Position numbers and translations under genes: made by a program. The notes below the pieces were generated by a model. It ran no database searches. It saw only the letters and a program-made list of their open reading frames with translations, and was not told the DNA's origin. Positions 8,301-18,038 of a DNA stretch of 37,487 nucleotides are shown here, in pieces. Source of the DNA: a virus; the UHGV virus genome UHGV-0100454. One strand, written 5' to 3'. How positions within the stretch are numbered: the stretch's first letter is position 1; every line of letters starts with the position of its first letter.

Positions 8301-11300
8301 AACAGAAAGGTCTTCGTCTGTTAAATTATAATTATTTTGAATATTTGTTGTTTCACTATTTACTGGTGCTATATTTTTTAAAGTTTTATTATTTACTGGT
8401 GCTAGTTTTACATCTTTTATTGCTTCTCCTCTTCCAGTATTTTTATAGTTTTTGTTTAGATATTCTTGCCATACACTGTTATTTTTAGAATATCTAGTGT
8501 CTGCATTTTCTATTAGATTAGATTTTTTATTTATTAAATCAAATAATTTTTGGGTAAATTCCTTATTTGCTAAATCTCTTTCTTTTGAATCATTTAAATC
8601 ATATTCATAATATAATTCATCATATATTTTTTTAATGTCTTTTGAGTCAGTTTTTAGTAATATTTTGTCTGGAATTACTATATTTTCCCCATCAACCCCT
8701 TGTCCTGTTACTTTGCCCGTAAAAAAATGAACTTCTGGAGAAGTCAAATAGTCATGTGTTGCCTCATAATCCCAGAAAAAATCAATTCCATAATTTGATA
8801 AATCAAAAACAGAAGCACCATTAGTAATACTTCCTTCATCCATTGCTATTTCACGTTTTATATTTTCTTGTTCTTTTGCACTCATTTCATCATATTGTTC
8901 TTGGGTAACTCCGTATTTTTCTAATAAAGAATTTCTTTCAATTAAATTATCATTTTCATCATAATCAGATTCATAATTTTCACTTATCATATCATCAATA
9001 AGTTCTTCCCACATTGATACCCCTGATTTGTGTTCCTTCCCTTTGAATTGACCCTCTTCATCGAATCTAAAATAAATGGGTTGTTCTGTATTTTTACTGT
9101 CAATGTATTTTACTTCTCCATCATTATTAATTTTAACTGTATTTGATACATTATTTTCAGATTCTTGCATAGAATATTTAGTGGTATTGACATCATCTTT
9201 AATTGGTGCTATACTATTATTAGAATTAGTCAACGATGTAGAGAAAGCATTAGCTGATGTACTACGATTTTGACTAATTCTTTTTATTTTTGTTACGTCA
9301 TAAAATGTTTTTTTATTTCCATCTTTAGCAATATTTATTAGACCTTCAAATTTAACCCCATTTACTTCAAATACAGTTTTATAGTAGTCCCATCCATCTT
9401 TAGCAAAGCTATGTCTTCCATCATCTTTAGAACTATACTGATATTCTGATACATTTAAAAGATTATCTAATTCAGTAGAAGCTTTTATCTTTGACTCTCT
9501 CGTAGATTGTGGCAATTTGTTTTTAGGATGAGTATATTCATTTGCTGTTTTTGAAGTAACTTTTATATTGCTTTCATTAAAATTAATACCATTTTCTCTA
9601 AAATTATCTAGTATATATCTCCTAGCTATCTTGATTTGCTCATTTATATTCTTCCCTTCAAATATATCTTGATTTGTATCAACTTTTACATATTTGTTTC
9701 CATCTGCTGTTGTTTGTATACTAAATCTAGAAGTTTGATTATTTGTATTTTGATATTCTTGTTTAAATGCATTTTCAAATTTGTTTTTTACATCTGCCCA
9801 ATATATTTTTTCACTTTTATATCCTAGCTTTCCGTTTAATTTATTAAACTTATCTACTACCCAGTCATATATCTTTTGTCCTAATGTTCTGTTTTGCATT
9901 GTAAGATTATTTATAAAATCCTGATCTCCTAGCTTGTTTCCTAAAATATCTGCTACCGCTTCATTGTCTACTAGCTCGTTAAAATCAGCACTGTTTTTAT
10001 CATACATTTTTGAATATGTTTCTGCTAATGATTTTCTTGCTTCTTCAAATCCATTTTTAGTTTTATCATATTTTAGAATAATATCTTTTATTTGATTGTA
10101 TTGTTCTGTGCCTTCTATATCATGTGTTAATTCGTGTATTGCTATATTTTGTAAAGTTTTATTAGTATCTGCATTCGGATTTATTATTACTTCTCTTGTT
10201 ACATTACCATTTTCATCTGTTTTAATTCTCCATAATGCGTTTTGATTAGTATTTGTAAATGCATTAGAATCATAACTAGCTTTTATTCCTCTTTCATTTG
10301 TTATTCTTGCTATACTTCTTACAGTTTCGTTATTTGTGTCTATATTATTCTTTTTTGCAGACTCCAAATAATCTAAATCTTTTATTGGAGCAATTTTATT
10401 ATCTACATCTGTTTTTGAAACTAAATCTGCAAGCTCGCCTTCTTTAAAAGTTCCTGTTTTTTTAGCTCTTTCCAATATGTCTTTTATTGTTTTCTTATCT
10501 TTAGTGCTCATATCAGAAAGTTCTACATCATCTATACTTCCCCCACCTAAGCCTACTAAATTTAATGCTATTGTTGTTAATCCAGTCATTTTGGCAGTTT
10601 CTGTAGCTTCTTCCCAACGTTGTTTTAAATCTGGCATATCCTTGTTATTTATTACTTTATCTATTACATAACCTGCTTCATTTTCTAATTGTTCTTCTCC
10701 CATCTCGCCTAGTATTTGATAGCCTTTATATAATAAATTCTGTCCTATTTTGCTCTTAACATTTCCTTTTATTGCTCTACCTATAACATTATCTAATCCA
10801 CCTTTGGCAATTAGATTACCACCAGTTATTTTTTCTGTTAATGCAGAGGCCGTGCCTTTTAGCACACCTGTTCTTACGGCTTTATCTATATTGTTTCTAT
10901 CACTGTTTAGCGTTTCCATTGCTGAGCCACCTGCATTTTGTACTGCACTTGCATATATTCCTGAACCAGGTGCGATTATATTGGATATCATAGCAGGAAC
11001 CATTTCACCTATCGAACTGCTAACCCCTGCTGCTGTTTTTACTTTACTGTTTTCTATTTGAGATACTGTTTTACTATGCATTGCTGTTCTATCATCTAGA
11101 TCTTCTGCTTTATCTAGTAATTTATTCTTTGCTCTATTTGCAAAGCTAGGCATGTCCTTTAATCTATTTGCTGTAGCATTTGGTTTATCTTTCAATATTT
11201 CGTCTTGCATCCAATTAATTTTTTTATCTTGTTCATCAAAAGTTCTTGCTCCAAGAATATTGAGTGCATTTATACTTTTTGCAACTCCAGATTTTATTCC

Positions 11301-11759
11301 TTCTGGAATACCATTTAAAATTGCACCAATTGCACTAGCTTTATTACCATTTTTTAAGTCTTGATTTATTTCTGTAGCTTTTTGCTGTGCCTTTACATCA
11401 GAGCGTGTAACTTTTTGTGTCTCTCCTATTTGGGAATTTGATTTTATTGCTTCATTACTAACTGGTGCTATGTTTTTTAGTTTATCTGTTACAGTTTGAA
11501 CTTTATTTGTTTGAGTTGTTGGTCCATACGTGCTTACATTTTCTACTTGTTTTTTTACTTGTTGCTCTTTTTCTAGTTTTTGTTGTTCTGCTATTCTTTT
11601 TTGCTCTTCTTCTTTCTCTTTTTTTCTCTTTTTTAGTGTTTCATAATAGCTTCCATTTATAATAGAATCTGCTATTGATGTCTTCTTTGAAGAATACTTT
11701 ATTCCTACTGTATTATTGTTGCCGTATGTTCCTTTTATAATAGAATCTGCTATTGACAT
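5319..11759 (-). CDS. Large polyvalent-type internal virion/ejection protein (2,146 aa): zincin-like domain, BECR-like domain, LPD38-like C-terminal region
   Basis: HELTH (HExxH) at 10122-10136; ANEYTH...DGRH...GWDYYKTVF...FYDVTKIK domain; NFKRGG...FLNASIQG...KIPKGR...SPKKINYLL region. Start ATG 11759 after AGGAG. Confidence 0.75.
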   Translation of the reverse strand: MSIADSIIKGTYGNNNTVGIKYSSKKTSIADSIINGSYYETLKKRKKEKEEEQKRIAEQQKLEKEQQVKKQVENVSTYGPTTQTNKVQTVTDKLKNIAPVSNEAIKSNSQIGETQKVTRSDVKAQQKATEINQDLKNGNKASAIGAILNGIPEGIKSGVAKSINALNILGARTFDEQDKKINWMQDEILKDKPNATANRLKDMPSFANRAKNKLLDKAEDLDDRTAMHSKTVSQIENSKVKTAAGVSSSIGEMVPAMISNIIAPGSGIYASAVQNAGGSAMETLNSDRNNIDKAVRTGVLKGTASALTEKITGGNLIAKGGLDNVIGRAIKGNVKSKIGQNLLYKGYQILGEMGEEQLENEAGYVIDKVINNKDMPDLKQRWEEATETAKMTGLTTIALNLVGLGGGSIDDVELSDMSTKDKKTIKDILERAKKTGTFKEGELADLVSKTDVDNKIAPIKDLDYLESAKKNNIDTNNETVRSIARITNERGIKASYDSNAFTNTNQNALWRIKTDENGNVTREVIINPNADTNKTLQNIAIHELTHDIEGTEQYNQIKDIILKYDKTKNGFEEARKSLAETYSKMYDKNSADFNELVDNEAVADILGNKLGDQDFINNLTMQNRTLGQKIYDWVVDKFNKLNGKLGYKSEKIYWADVKNKFENAFKQEYQNTNNQTSRFSIQTTADGNKYVKVDTNQDIFEGKNINEQIKIARRYILDNFRENGINFNESNIKVTSKTANEYTHPKNKLPQSTRESKIKASTELDNLLNVSEYQYSSKDDGRHSFAKDGWDYYKTVFEVNGVKFEGLINIAKDGNKKTFYDVTKIKRISQNRSTSANAFSTSLTNSNNSIAPIKDDVNTTKYSMQESENNVSNTVKINNDGEVKYIDSKNTEQPIYFRFDEEGQFKGKEHKSGVSMWEELIDDMISENYESDYDENDNLIERNSLLEKYGVTQEQYDEMSAKEQENIKREIAMDEGSITNGASVFDLSNYGIDFFWDYEATHDYLTSPEVHFFTGKVTGQGVDGENIVIPDKILLKTDSKDIKKIYDELYYEYDLNDSKERDLANKEFTQKLFDLINKKSNLIENADTRYSKNNSVWQEYLNKNYKNTGRGEAIKDVKLAPVNNKTLKNIAPVNSETTNIQNNYNLTDEDLSVLNKIYEKEGKTEVLTKKEKAKILEKYASDKYKFGDSLDILAQKFVNKGHYIDKLSEDAKNPELKFIYDRNLNSFAEGQYVIGVAQTDNNGKKIGKSINDIWKPIEEAKLTKEFSDYLVNMHNANTSERGKYIIGRDIGTTESSAIALELEQKHPEFKKYAKEIKEFNHNNLLNLKDAGMITQDTIDYIETMYPNYIPISRNFDGNSYVGDNEKTGAAGPLKRLKGGSTDIQPLKDGLAGQAIRIKRLINQNKLGQELAKTLVNAKVDENIDVEVAPSLLFELDTLVDTDQKGNKYYTYFEDGKLQKLKINDKLYESLRPSERSKVESTLPVKALQKVTNLHRSLLTSDNPLFIVTNFFKDIQDGAFNSKYSKKFFKNYGKALNEIVTKGKYYESYMANGGMNNTYFEYDKGVKKKGNKIIEKIRSTNEIVEQLPRLSEFISTLEDGKSLNEALYNAAEITTNFKRGGDITKAINRNGANFLNASIQGLDKQFRNFSRENGAKGYVNLLVKATVMGVAPAVLNHILLKDDDEYKKLSDYIKDEYYLFKKADGNFAKIPKGRVLSIFGSAARRTLETAEGEKDSWKGFKDTVVNQIAPNNPLEDNILAPVIAVKNNKTWYGGDLVSSRLQKELPKNQYDETTDNLSKWLGEKLNVSPKKINYLLDQYSGGIGDILLPAITPQAKKNVIVDKFTADSVFKNKYPGKFYETLEKQTQIANDSFATDEDQLQLKYLNSVSKEMGDLYKEKRKIQMSNISNKEKTAKVREIQEKINTLAEKGLSNYNTGIKTKNSYKAGGENYYKDGKGEWQKLDDDELKGGLSVDTYADYKQKVYKETQSKRESGKLTKTQSLKDKDKLEILLNSNYSSKEKSAIYENYILSSTNTTYPLLKKSGIDIDEYMKYLQQDFKSEKKDNGTTSGKTVAGSAKIKTYEYVNSMNISYEQKLLLLGTQYKLNNAERTKLYNYVKTLDYSQEEMQKVFEKLQGFTVYKDGRVTW

Positions 11760-11769
11760 ATTTTCTCTC

Positions 11770-12867
11770 CTATATTCCAAATTTACTGCATAATATTTTT
11801 ACGTCGTTTTCATTAATTTTTCCATCTTTATAAGCAATACTAATAGTGTTTGCTATATTAATTGAATTTGCTAATGTTTTTGATGCGACTGCTTTTGCTC
11901 TTCCTACTACTCCTGATCCCTTCGCATTTTTCATTGAATTAAATTTGTCATAAATCGTCTTTGCGTTAGCACTTAATTCTCCTGTTCCAGAGTTTATTGA
12001 ATTTCCTGCCACACTATAGCTTCCCGCACTTTGTGCAGCTCTTCTTTCTTTAGCTAACGCTAATTGATAGTCTCTCTCTGCTTGTTTTTCCTTTAGTAAA
12101 TACTCTTTCTTCCATTGTTCTCTTTGTTGTCTATTTTGTTCTTTCTGTTCATTAAATTCTTGTAACCAACGATTTGCCTCTTCTACAGCTTTATCTATAT
12201 CTCTTTGCATATCTATTTCCCTGTTTATTTGTGTTAATACATTTTGATATCTGTTGTAATATGTTTCATCTATTTGTTGTAGTTCTGATTGTTTTTGTTG
12301 TATTAATGTATTTTTATATTGGAAACCTTGCAGACCTAATTCTAACTGCTTCTGTAATGAGTTATATGCTATTTCTGCTAATGCACTGTTGTTAGCTAAT
12401 TGAGCATCTTTTCTTGCATTATCATAGTTTAGAACTGCATTATTATAGCTCTCTTTTGCACTTGCATATCTATTTTGATATGTGTTCCACATGCTAACTC
12501 TTGAGCTTTCACTATATCCACTATCAGTTAGCCCGTTAGCAGCCATTTTTTCTGCATCTACACTAAATGGATCTACTTGTTTCTTATAGTCTACATAGCT
12601 TGCTCTTTGTTCTTTTTCATAGTCCTTTCTAGCTTTGTCTTTCTGTTGCTCTATTTTTTCAATTGCAAGATCATTTTGCTTTTGTTGAATTTCAGACTGT
12701 TTATCAGCCCATTCTTTTGAAGCATTAATTTGATCTTGATAAAATCTGTCCGAATTATTTATCATGTCATTGTAAGTATTAGTTGCCTCATTAATTCTTT
12801 GATTTTTTTCGTTCTCTACGTTTTTAAATCTTTCGTCTTCATAATTAACAGCATATTTATCTGCCAT
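11770..12867 (-). CDS. Coiled-coil internal virion protein
   Basis: Q/E/K-rich helical protein with MAANGLTDSGYSESS motif, between the nozzle and the large ejection protein. Confidence 0.6.
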   Translation of the reverse strand: MADKYAVNYEDERFKNVENEKNQRINEATNTYNDMINNSDRFYQDQINASKEWADKQSEIQQKQNDLAIEKIEQQKDKARKDYEKEQRASYVDYKKQVDPFSVDAEKMAANGLTDSGYSESSRVSMWNTYQNRYASAKESYNNAVLNYDNARKDAQLANNSALAEIAYNSLQKQLELGLQGFQYKNTLIQQKQSELQQIDETYYNRYQNVLTQINREIDMQRDIDKAVEEANRWLQEFNEQKEQNRQQREQWKKEYLLKEKQAERDYQLALAKERRAAQSAGSYSVAGNSINSGTGELSANAKTIYDKFNSMKNAKGSGVVGRAKAVASKTLANSINIANTISIAYKDGKINENDVKILCSKFGI

Positions 12868-12876
12868 AATTTCCTC

Positions 12877-15800
12877 CTATCTTTTTATGTAGCTTCCTAT
12901 GTAGCTTTCTAATGTACAAGAAAAAAGCTCAAACGATTTGTTTGAACTAAATTTTAATTGTATGCTTTTCCATTTCTTTTTCTTAATTCTATTTACTGCA
13001 TATCCTGTTGCATTTTTATGTGTAGCAATTTTCTCAAACTGTTCCTTATTAGTCTTACAAAAGACATCTATTTCTTCGCCTATAACATCTGCTACACAGC
13101 CTCTTTTATTTGTAGTTTTTTGCATTTGTGGATACTTAAACTCATCTTCACAAGTTGTCCAATAAGATGATGGTTTTGACAATAATATAATGTCTTTTAT
13201 TTCTTCTGTTGCCTTATACTGTATTGTAATAGGCTCTTTTGCTAGATATGCTTTTAAATCTGCAATAGTCTTTACTTTCGGAATTTTTAAATTTATATTT
13301 GTGTCTACTAAAATTCCATAATTTTCTTTTGACAAATCTTTTGAAAATTCATCTGTTATTGTGCAGAATATATTTGTTTCGTTGTCTGCCATATTTTTAG
13401 GTTTAGCAATATAAAAAACATTAGAATTTGTTGCATGTGCATTCCATTCTTCTGTGCCATTTAAAACTAATTTATCTACTCTTTTTATTATGCTTGCTAT
13501 ATTTTTATTGGTATCTATATACAGTTTATCTTTTATACTATTTCTAACTGCTTTTAATTCTTCTTGTAAAAATATAAAGTATCTTCTGTTGTTTATAATC
13601 GTTTGGTATTCTCCTGCTGTAATTTCATTTTCTATACTACTTTTATTTTTTATACTAGGCTTTTTATATATGTAGTTATATTTGATGTCTATTTCTGATG
13701 TGCTTTCTATATGGTTTACTCCGTCATATAGTTTCATACTTTCTATCTTATCCCAAGCTTCTTGCTGTGCTTCGGTATAAGGTACTATTTCTTCTGTTGT
13801 TAGTTCGTATTCTACTGTTATTGGATTAGATTGTAACCATGTTTTAAGCTCTGCGACTGTTGTTGCTTTGGATTTATCTATAAATATTACAAATTGTTTT
13901 TGTATGCCAGATGAAGTCGACCATCTGAAATGTTCTGTATCTGAATCAGCAGATGACAATCTAAAATGGCTACAAAGTGAAGCTCCATTATATTTAGCAG
14001 GTTTTTCTAAGTTTATATAAAACCTTTCTACATTAGTTAAAGAAGCTGTCCAAATAGCCCAATTTTCATACTTGCCTCCGTCTAACACAACTTGTTTCCT
14101 CTTATGATGTATTCCATCACTTGATAGATAACTGTCTTTGTATAGCTTTTGTCCTTCACTTAATGGAAAATCTACTTTTTGTTCTTGGTATGGGGTGTAT
14201 ACTTTAACAGTTTCTGATTCAGTAAGCATTATTTCTTGAGTTGTCATATCTAGATTATTGTTAAATATTCTATATTCTACTTTCATAAATGCAATACTGT
14301 TATTGTCAGGATTTGTCCATGTAGTATATGAATTTCCACTATCTGTTCTTAAATCCATAGAATTACCTAAGTAATTTAGTTTTTTATCGTAATAAAACAC
14401 ACACGCAGCAAAATTCGTTGCATATATTTTATTCTTTGTTGTTGGTATAAAATTCTTTGAACATACACTGCCTTTTTCTGTTATTTCTGCTGCTGTAAGC
14501 CAAGTAAGAATAGTGTTAGTTTTCTTATCAAACAAATTCCCTCCTATATCTTTTATCTCTATATTTCCTTCAACATTCTCTATTTCACTAGGATAATCTG
14601 GACTTGGACTTGCTCCGTATTGTTCGTATGTGTCATCAGCTATTGTTGCTTTTCGTAACATTGGTTTGAATAATAATTTATTTATTGTTAAGCCTTTCTG
14701 AATAAATATAGCTATTTGAACTGTTGTTGTAGTATCTATTGTAAATTCTCCACTGCCATTGCCAATATCTATAGAACCTAAAACACTATAACTACCTGTC
14801 TCTTGGATAGCTAACCTATAAGTATTAATAGCACCCCTACTAGGACAGCCATTTAAAACATATGTTCCTGGGCTTAAATCATATCTATTGATAATCAAAC
14901 TGCTGTTAGCAGTGGTATCATTTGTACCATCTGCTAAAACTGTTCCATCGCTATTCACAGTAAATGTTATTCCGTTTGATATTTTTGTAGTCGCAGTATT
15001 ATCAAGTAAGTTCTTTCCACTTCTTGTAGCTTGACTTGTTGAGCCTTTTACTTTTATCTCTAATCCTTTATTGTTTTCTCCATCTTCTATTAGTATTTCT
15101 TTTCCTGTTACTGTTTTATAACTTTCTGCTCCTGTTTCTTGTTTAGTTACTCCATCTGTAAAATATCTTTCTTCTTCATCTTTTTCCATTGATATTTCTT
15201 TATTGTTTTCAGAAGCTTTACCTATTTTAAATATTCCTTGTTTACTTCCTAACCAAAGTTCTCCATTATATACTACTGCACATGTAGGTTCTATATCTAT
15301 GTTCCAATAAAACCACTCATATTCATTATGATTTTCATTAGTAAACATTGCTCTACTGTCTGCTAGATATATTTTATCTTTTATAATAACTAATAAATAG
15401 CCTTCATATTCTACTAAAATCATATCTTTATAATTTTCTTCTTGTAATAATTTACTATCTACTAAAGAACTTCTATGGCTTATAACTTGTTCTGTTGTTA
15501 TATCTCCACTTATTCCTTCCATTCCTCTATTAGAGAAATAAACTATATCATCATTAAAATTTATTGCTGCTCCTATACATCCTGTAGAGATGCTTGAATG
15601 TTCACTTGGATAAACCTTTCCTGCTTCACTGTCTATTGTAGGATTATGATAAAATATAGCTGTGTTTGCCTGGCTAGGTTCTTTTATTACCCATAACGCG
15701 TTATTACCTGCCACCATGCCTCTTACAGGGCTTATGTCCGCTCCTTCATTATAATAATCTAAGTCACTACAGTATTTTGGTTCGTCTAGCATTGTATGAA

Positions 15801-16617
15801 ATACTGTGTTAGGGTAATCCTGATTTCCACTAAAAAACACTCTATTGTCAAATACTTCTAATATTGTACATTTATTTATTTTATCTCTATTACCTGATAT
15901 GGTTTTGCTAAAACGTATTACAACATTATCTTGTTCGTCTGATAATGGCTTTTCTGGCGCTGTTGTAAACTTAACTTTTCCGCTTACTTTGTCTACTGTA
16001 AATCCTTCTGTCTTTTCTACATTGTTTATAAATACTTTTTCTTGATATCCTGCATCTAATTCACTTGCATCTAACACATACTCTGTACTTTCTCCATCGG
16101 CACAGAAACTATTTTCCCTAACTCCTGTAAGTAGGTTTGTCTCTTGTGCTGTTGACCCTTTACCAGCAGGGTCACTCCCTCTTCTTGTTACTGGTATGTA
16201 TCCTATTACTTCCTTGCATGTTTCTCCATCATATTGTAAGTAGTTTAATCCATCTTTTATGTATAAAATATTTCTATATATAAAACTTTGGCTTTTTCTT
16301 ATGTTCATACCTTTTTCTTTTATTATTTTTAGTTCTTTTGTTTTCATATTATAGTCATACAAAGACACTCCACAATGTATTATCATGTGATCTACTTGAT
16401 TTATAGTATAAAAAAATAAACCATATACAGTATTCTTTAATTCTTTAAACAATACTATATCTGGTCTTGTTTCTATACTAGTTCCCATTTTTTTATAATC
16501 TTTCCACATGTTTATTGCATCAGGGCTTCTGTACAAAGCTACCTCTGTATTACTAAAATCTACTCCTCTAAAATTAGAATAATTTCTTGTTATTAAATCT
16601 CCACTTACTTCAGGCAT
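12877..16617 (-). CDS. Tail nozzle/stabilisation protein (tail tubular B-like) with a large fibre-like central region
   Basis: N-terminal NFRGVDFS...RSPDAINM, beta-rich body, C-terminal SYWTT...KTTNKRG...IQLKFSS; follows the adaptor gene. Confidence 0.65.
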   Translation of the reverse strand: MPEVSGDLITRNYSNFRGVDFSNTEVALYRSPDAINMWKDYKKMGTSIETRPDIVLFKELKNTVYGLFFYTINQVDHMIIHCGVSLYDYNMKTKELKIIKEKGMNIRKSQSFIYRNILYIKDGLNYLQYDGETCKEVIGYIPVTRRGSDPAGKGSTAQETNLLTGVRENSFCADGESTEYVLDASELDAGYQEKVFINNVEKTEGFTVDKVSGKVKFTTAPEKPLSDEQDNVVIRFSKTISGNRDKINKCTILEVFDNRVFFSGNQDYPNTVFHTMLDEPKYCSDLDYYNEGADISPVRGMVAGNNALWVIKEPSQANTAIFYHNPTIDSEAGKVYPSEHSSISTGCIGAAINFNDDIVYFSNRGMEGISGDITTEQVISHRSSLVDSKLLQEENYKDMILVEYEGYLLVIIKDKIYLADSRAMFTNENHNEYEWFYWNIDIEPTCAVVYNGELWLGSKQGIFKIGKASENNKEISMEKDEEERYFTDGVTKQETGAESYKTVTGKEILIEDGENNKGLEIKVKGSTSQATRSGKNLLDNTATTKISNGITFTVNSDGTVLADGTNDTTANSSLIINRYDLSPGTYVLNGCPSRGAINTYRLAIQETGSYSVLGSIDIGNGSGEFTIDTTTTVQIAIFIQKGLTINKLLFKPMLRKATIADDTYEQYGASPSPDYPSEIENVEGNIEIKDIGGNLFDKKTNTILTWLTAAEITEKGSVCSKNFIPTTKNKIYATNFAACVFYYDKKLNYLGNSMDLRTDSGNSYTTWTNPDNNSIAFMKVEYRIFNNNLDMTTQEIMLTESETVKVYTPYQEQKVDFPLSEGQKLYKDSYLSSDGIHHKRKQVVLDGGKYENWAIWTASLTNVERFYINLEKPAKYNGASLCSHFRLSSADSDTEHFRWSTSSGIQKQFVIFIDKSKATTVAELKTWLQSNPITVEYELTTEEIVPYTEAQQEAWDKIESMKLYDGVNHIESTSEIDIKYNYIYKKPSIKNKSSIENEITAGEYQTIINNRRYFIFLQEELKAVRNSIKDKLYIDTNKNIASIIKRVDKLVLNGTEEWNAHATNSNVFYIAKPKNMADNETNIFCTITDEFSKDLSKENYGILVDTNINLKIPKVKTIADLKAYLAKEPITIQYKATEEIKDIILLSKPSSYWTTCEDEFKYPQMQKTTNKRGCVADVIGEEIDVFCKTNKEQFEKIATHKNATGYAVNRIKKKKWKSIQLKFSSNKSFELFSCTLESYIGSYIKR

Positions 16618-16626
16618 ATTATCCTC

Positions 16627-17166
16627 CTAAATTTTTGTTCCTCCGTCTATATAAAATCCTCCTGTGTTGTATCTTGGATCTAAGCTTTGTTTTAGTTCAG
16701 TATATCTATTAGCATATATTTGTCCATACTGATTAGAAACATCACTTTTTAATAAATCTGCTGCAACTCCATAAGGCATAATTCCTAATGCATCATCTGT
16801 TAACTCAAGTTCAGTATTGTCTTTACTCTTCTCATTTATCTTTTTAGGATATTTATAGTAATATATTTTTATTGTCCCATCATCTAGTATATCAAGTGTT
16901 GTTCCAAAAGAAGTGTATCTAACTCCTTTTACACATTTAAGTTGATAAAAGTTTTCTAATTCATTAAGATTTATTGTATCTCCTTCTTTAACTTCTCTTG
17001 TTTCTATTGCAGGAATCTTTTTTATTCTTGCTAACTCGTGTTGTATAAAATCTATTACATTATTTATCTTGTTTTTGAAATCTGGGTCATCTGTTAAACC
17101 TTCATCTTCTTCATTTATCTCTTCTATTAGTCTTAATACTTCACTTTTCATATCACCTAGTGTCAT
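16627..17166 (-). CDS. Head-tail adaptor (tail tubular A-like)
   Basis: MTLGDMK..VL.LI N-terminus and YYKYP...IMPYGVAADLL motif; position. Confidence 0.65.
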   Translation of the reverse strand: MTLGDMKSEVLRLIEEINEEDEGLTDDPDFKNKINNVIDFIQHELARIKKIPAIETREVKEGDTINLNELENFYQLKCVKGVRYTSFGTTLDILDDGTIKIYYYKYPKKINEKSKDNTELELTDDALGIMPYGVAADLLKSDVSNQYGQIYANRYTELKQSLDPRYNTGGFYIDGGTKI

Positions 17167-17175
17167 ATATTCCTC

Positions 17176-17541
17176 CTACTCTCCTTCAGGAGATTTTAAC
17201 AATTTATATTTCTCTATTGCCTCATCTATTGTTAGCATTTTATATTCACTTATAACAAAGCCTTGCCCTTCTGCATATATAAGTAGTTGATTTTCTTCTA
17301 GTTCGATATCTTGATATTCCTTTTGTTTTACTTTCTTGCCATTAGACATTGTATATTCTTGTTCTACTTGTTTTATTAGATGTCCACCTATTATTTTATC
17401 TTGTATATGTACCTTGTATCCTTCTTCTTCATCTTTGTCGTTACATAATTCTATATTTTCTCCGTTGTACACATATCCACCATAAAATCTAACATTTGGT
17501 GTTATTACATATTTTTCTAAACTTTCTAACTTTTTAATCAT
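17176..17541 (-). CDS. Hypothetical structural-module protein (121 aa)
   Basis: ATG 17541 after AAGGAG; the ORF-track N-terminal extension overlaps an RNA hairpin. Confidence 0.7.
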   Translation of the reverse strand: MIKKLESLEKYVITPNVRFYGGYVYNGENIELCNDKDEEEGYKVHIQDKIIGGHLIKQVEQEYTMSNGKKVKQKEYQDIELEENQLLIYAEGQGFVISEYKMLTIDEAIEKYKLLKSPEGE

Positions 17542-17554
17542 ATATATTCTCCTT

Positions 17555-17597
17555 TCGCGTTTGTTGGAATTGCACCAACATTTTGCTTTTAACACGA
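17555..17597 (-). ncRNA. tRNA-like minihelix (acceptor-like stem plus T-arm) in the late mRNA
   Basis: TCGTGTT...AACGCGA outer stem enclosing GTTGG-TGCAATT-CCAAC. Confidence 0.45.
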
Positions 17598-17600
17598 TAT

Positions 17601-17632
17601 AAAAGGCATACTATAAAAGCATGCCTTTTTTT
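17601..17632 (-). terminator. Intrinsic terminator
   Basis: AAAAGGCAT...ATGCCTTTT inverted repeat after the 118-aa gene. Confidence 0.7.
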
Positions 17633-17989
17633 CTAATATATTACTGCAAATTTTACTGCTGCATTTTCTGGTATTAATACAATACTTCCATCATTATTTG
17701 CAAATCTCGCAGTTTCTACTCTTATTGCTACTATGCCTCCTGCTGCTACATCTGCTAACTTTAAATTTTCTGTAGCTGCTGCATAGCTTCCATTTGAAGG
17801 ACATTTCACAGAAACATCGTATGGAGCTTCTCCAGAATTTTGAGCTAGTATAGTTAAATACTCTCCTCCTGCAAACTCTCTTGGTATTTTAAAGCTACAT
17901 CCATCTGCAACTGCTGTTGCTGCTTCAAATGATACTGCTTTTATTGAATTAAATTCAATTTTTTGTGGTATTATTTCTTTAACTGCCAT
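17633..17989 (-). CDS. Putative capsid decoration/cement protein
   Basis: Small Ala-rich beta protein directly after the major capsid protein. Confidence 0.5.
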   Translation of the reverse strand: MAVKEIIPQKIEFNSIKAVSFEAATAVADGCSFKIPREFAGGEYLTILAQNSGEAPYDVSVKCPSNGSYAAATENLKLADVAAGGIVAIRVETARFANNDGSIVLIPENAAVKFAVIY

Positions 17990-18014
17990 ATTATTTTCCT
18001 CCTTATAAAAATTT

Positions 18015-18034
18015 TAGCTCCCTAAAAGGGAGCT
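18015..18034 (-). terminator. Hairpin after the major capsid gene
   Basis: AGCTCCCT-aa-AGGGAGCT. Confidence 0.6.
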
Positions 18035-18038
18035 GTTT

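Noticed and set aside
5319..11759. Tape-measure protein
   Set aside because: No tail tube/chaperone genes; domain content and gene order fit a podovirus ejection protein.
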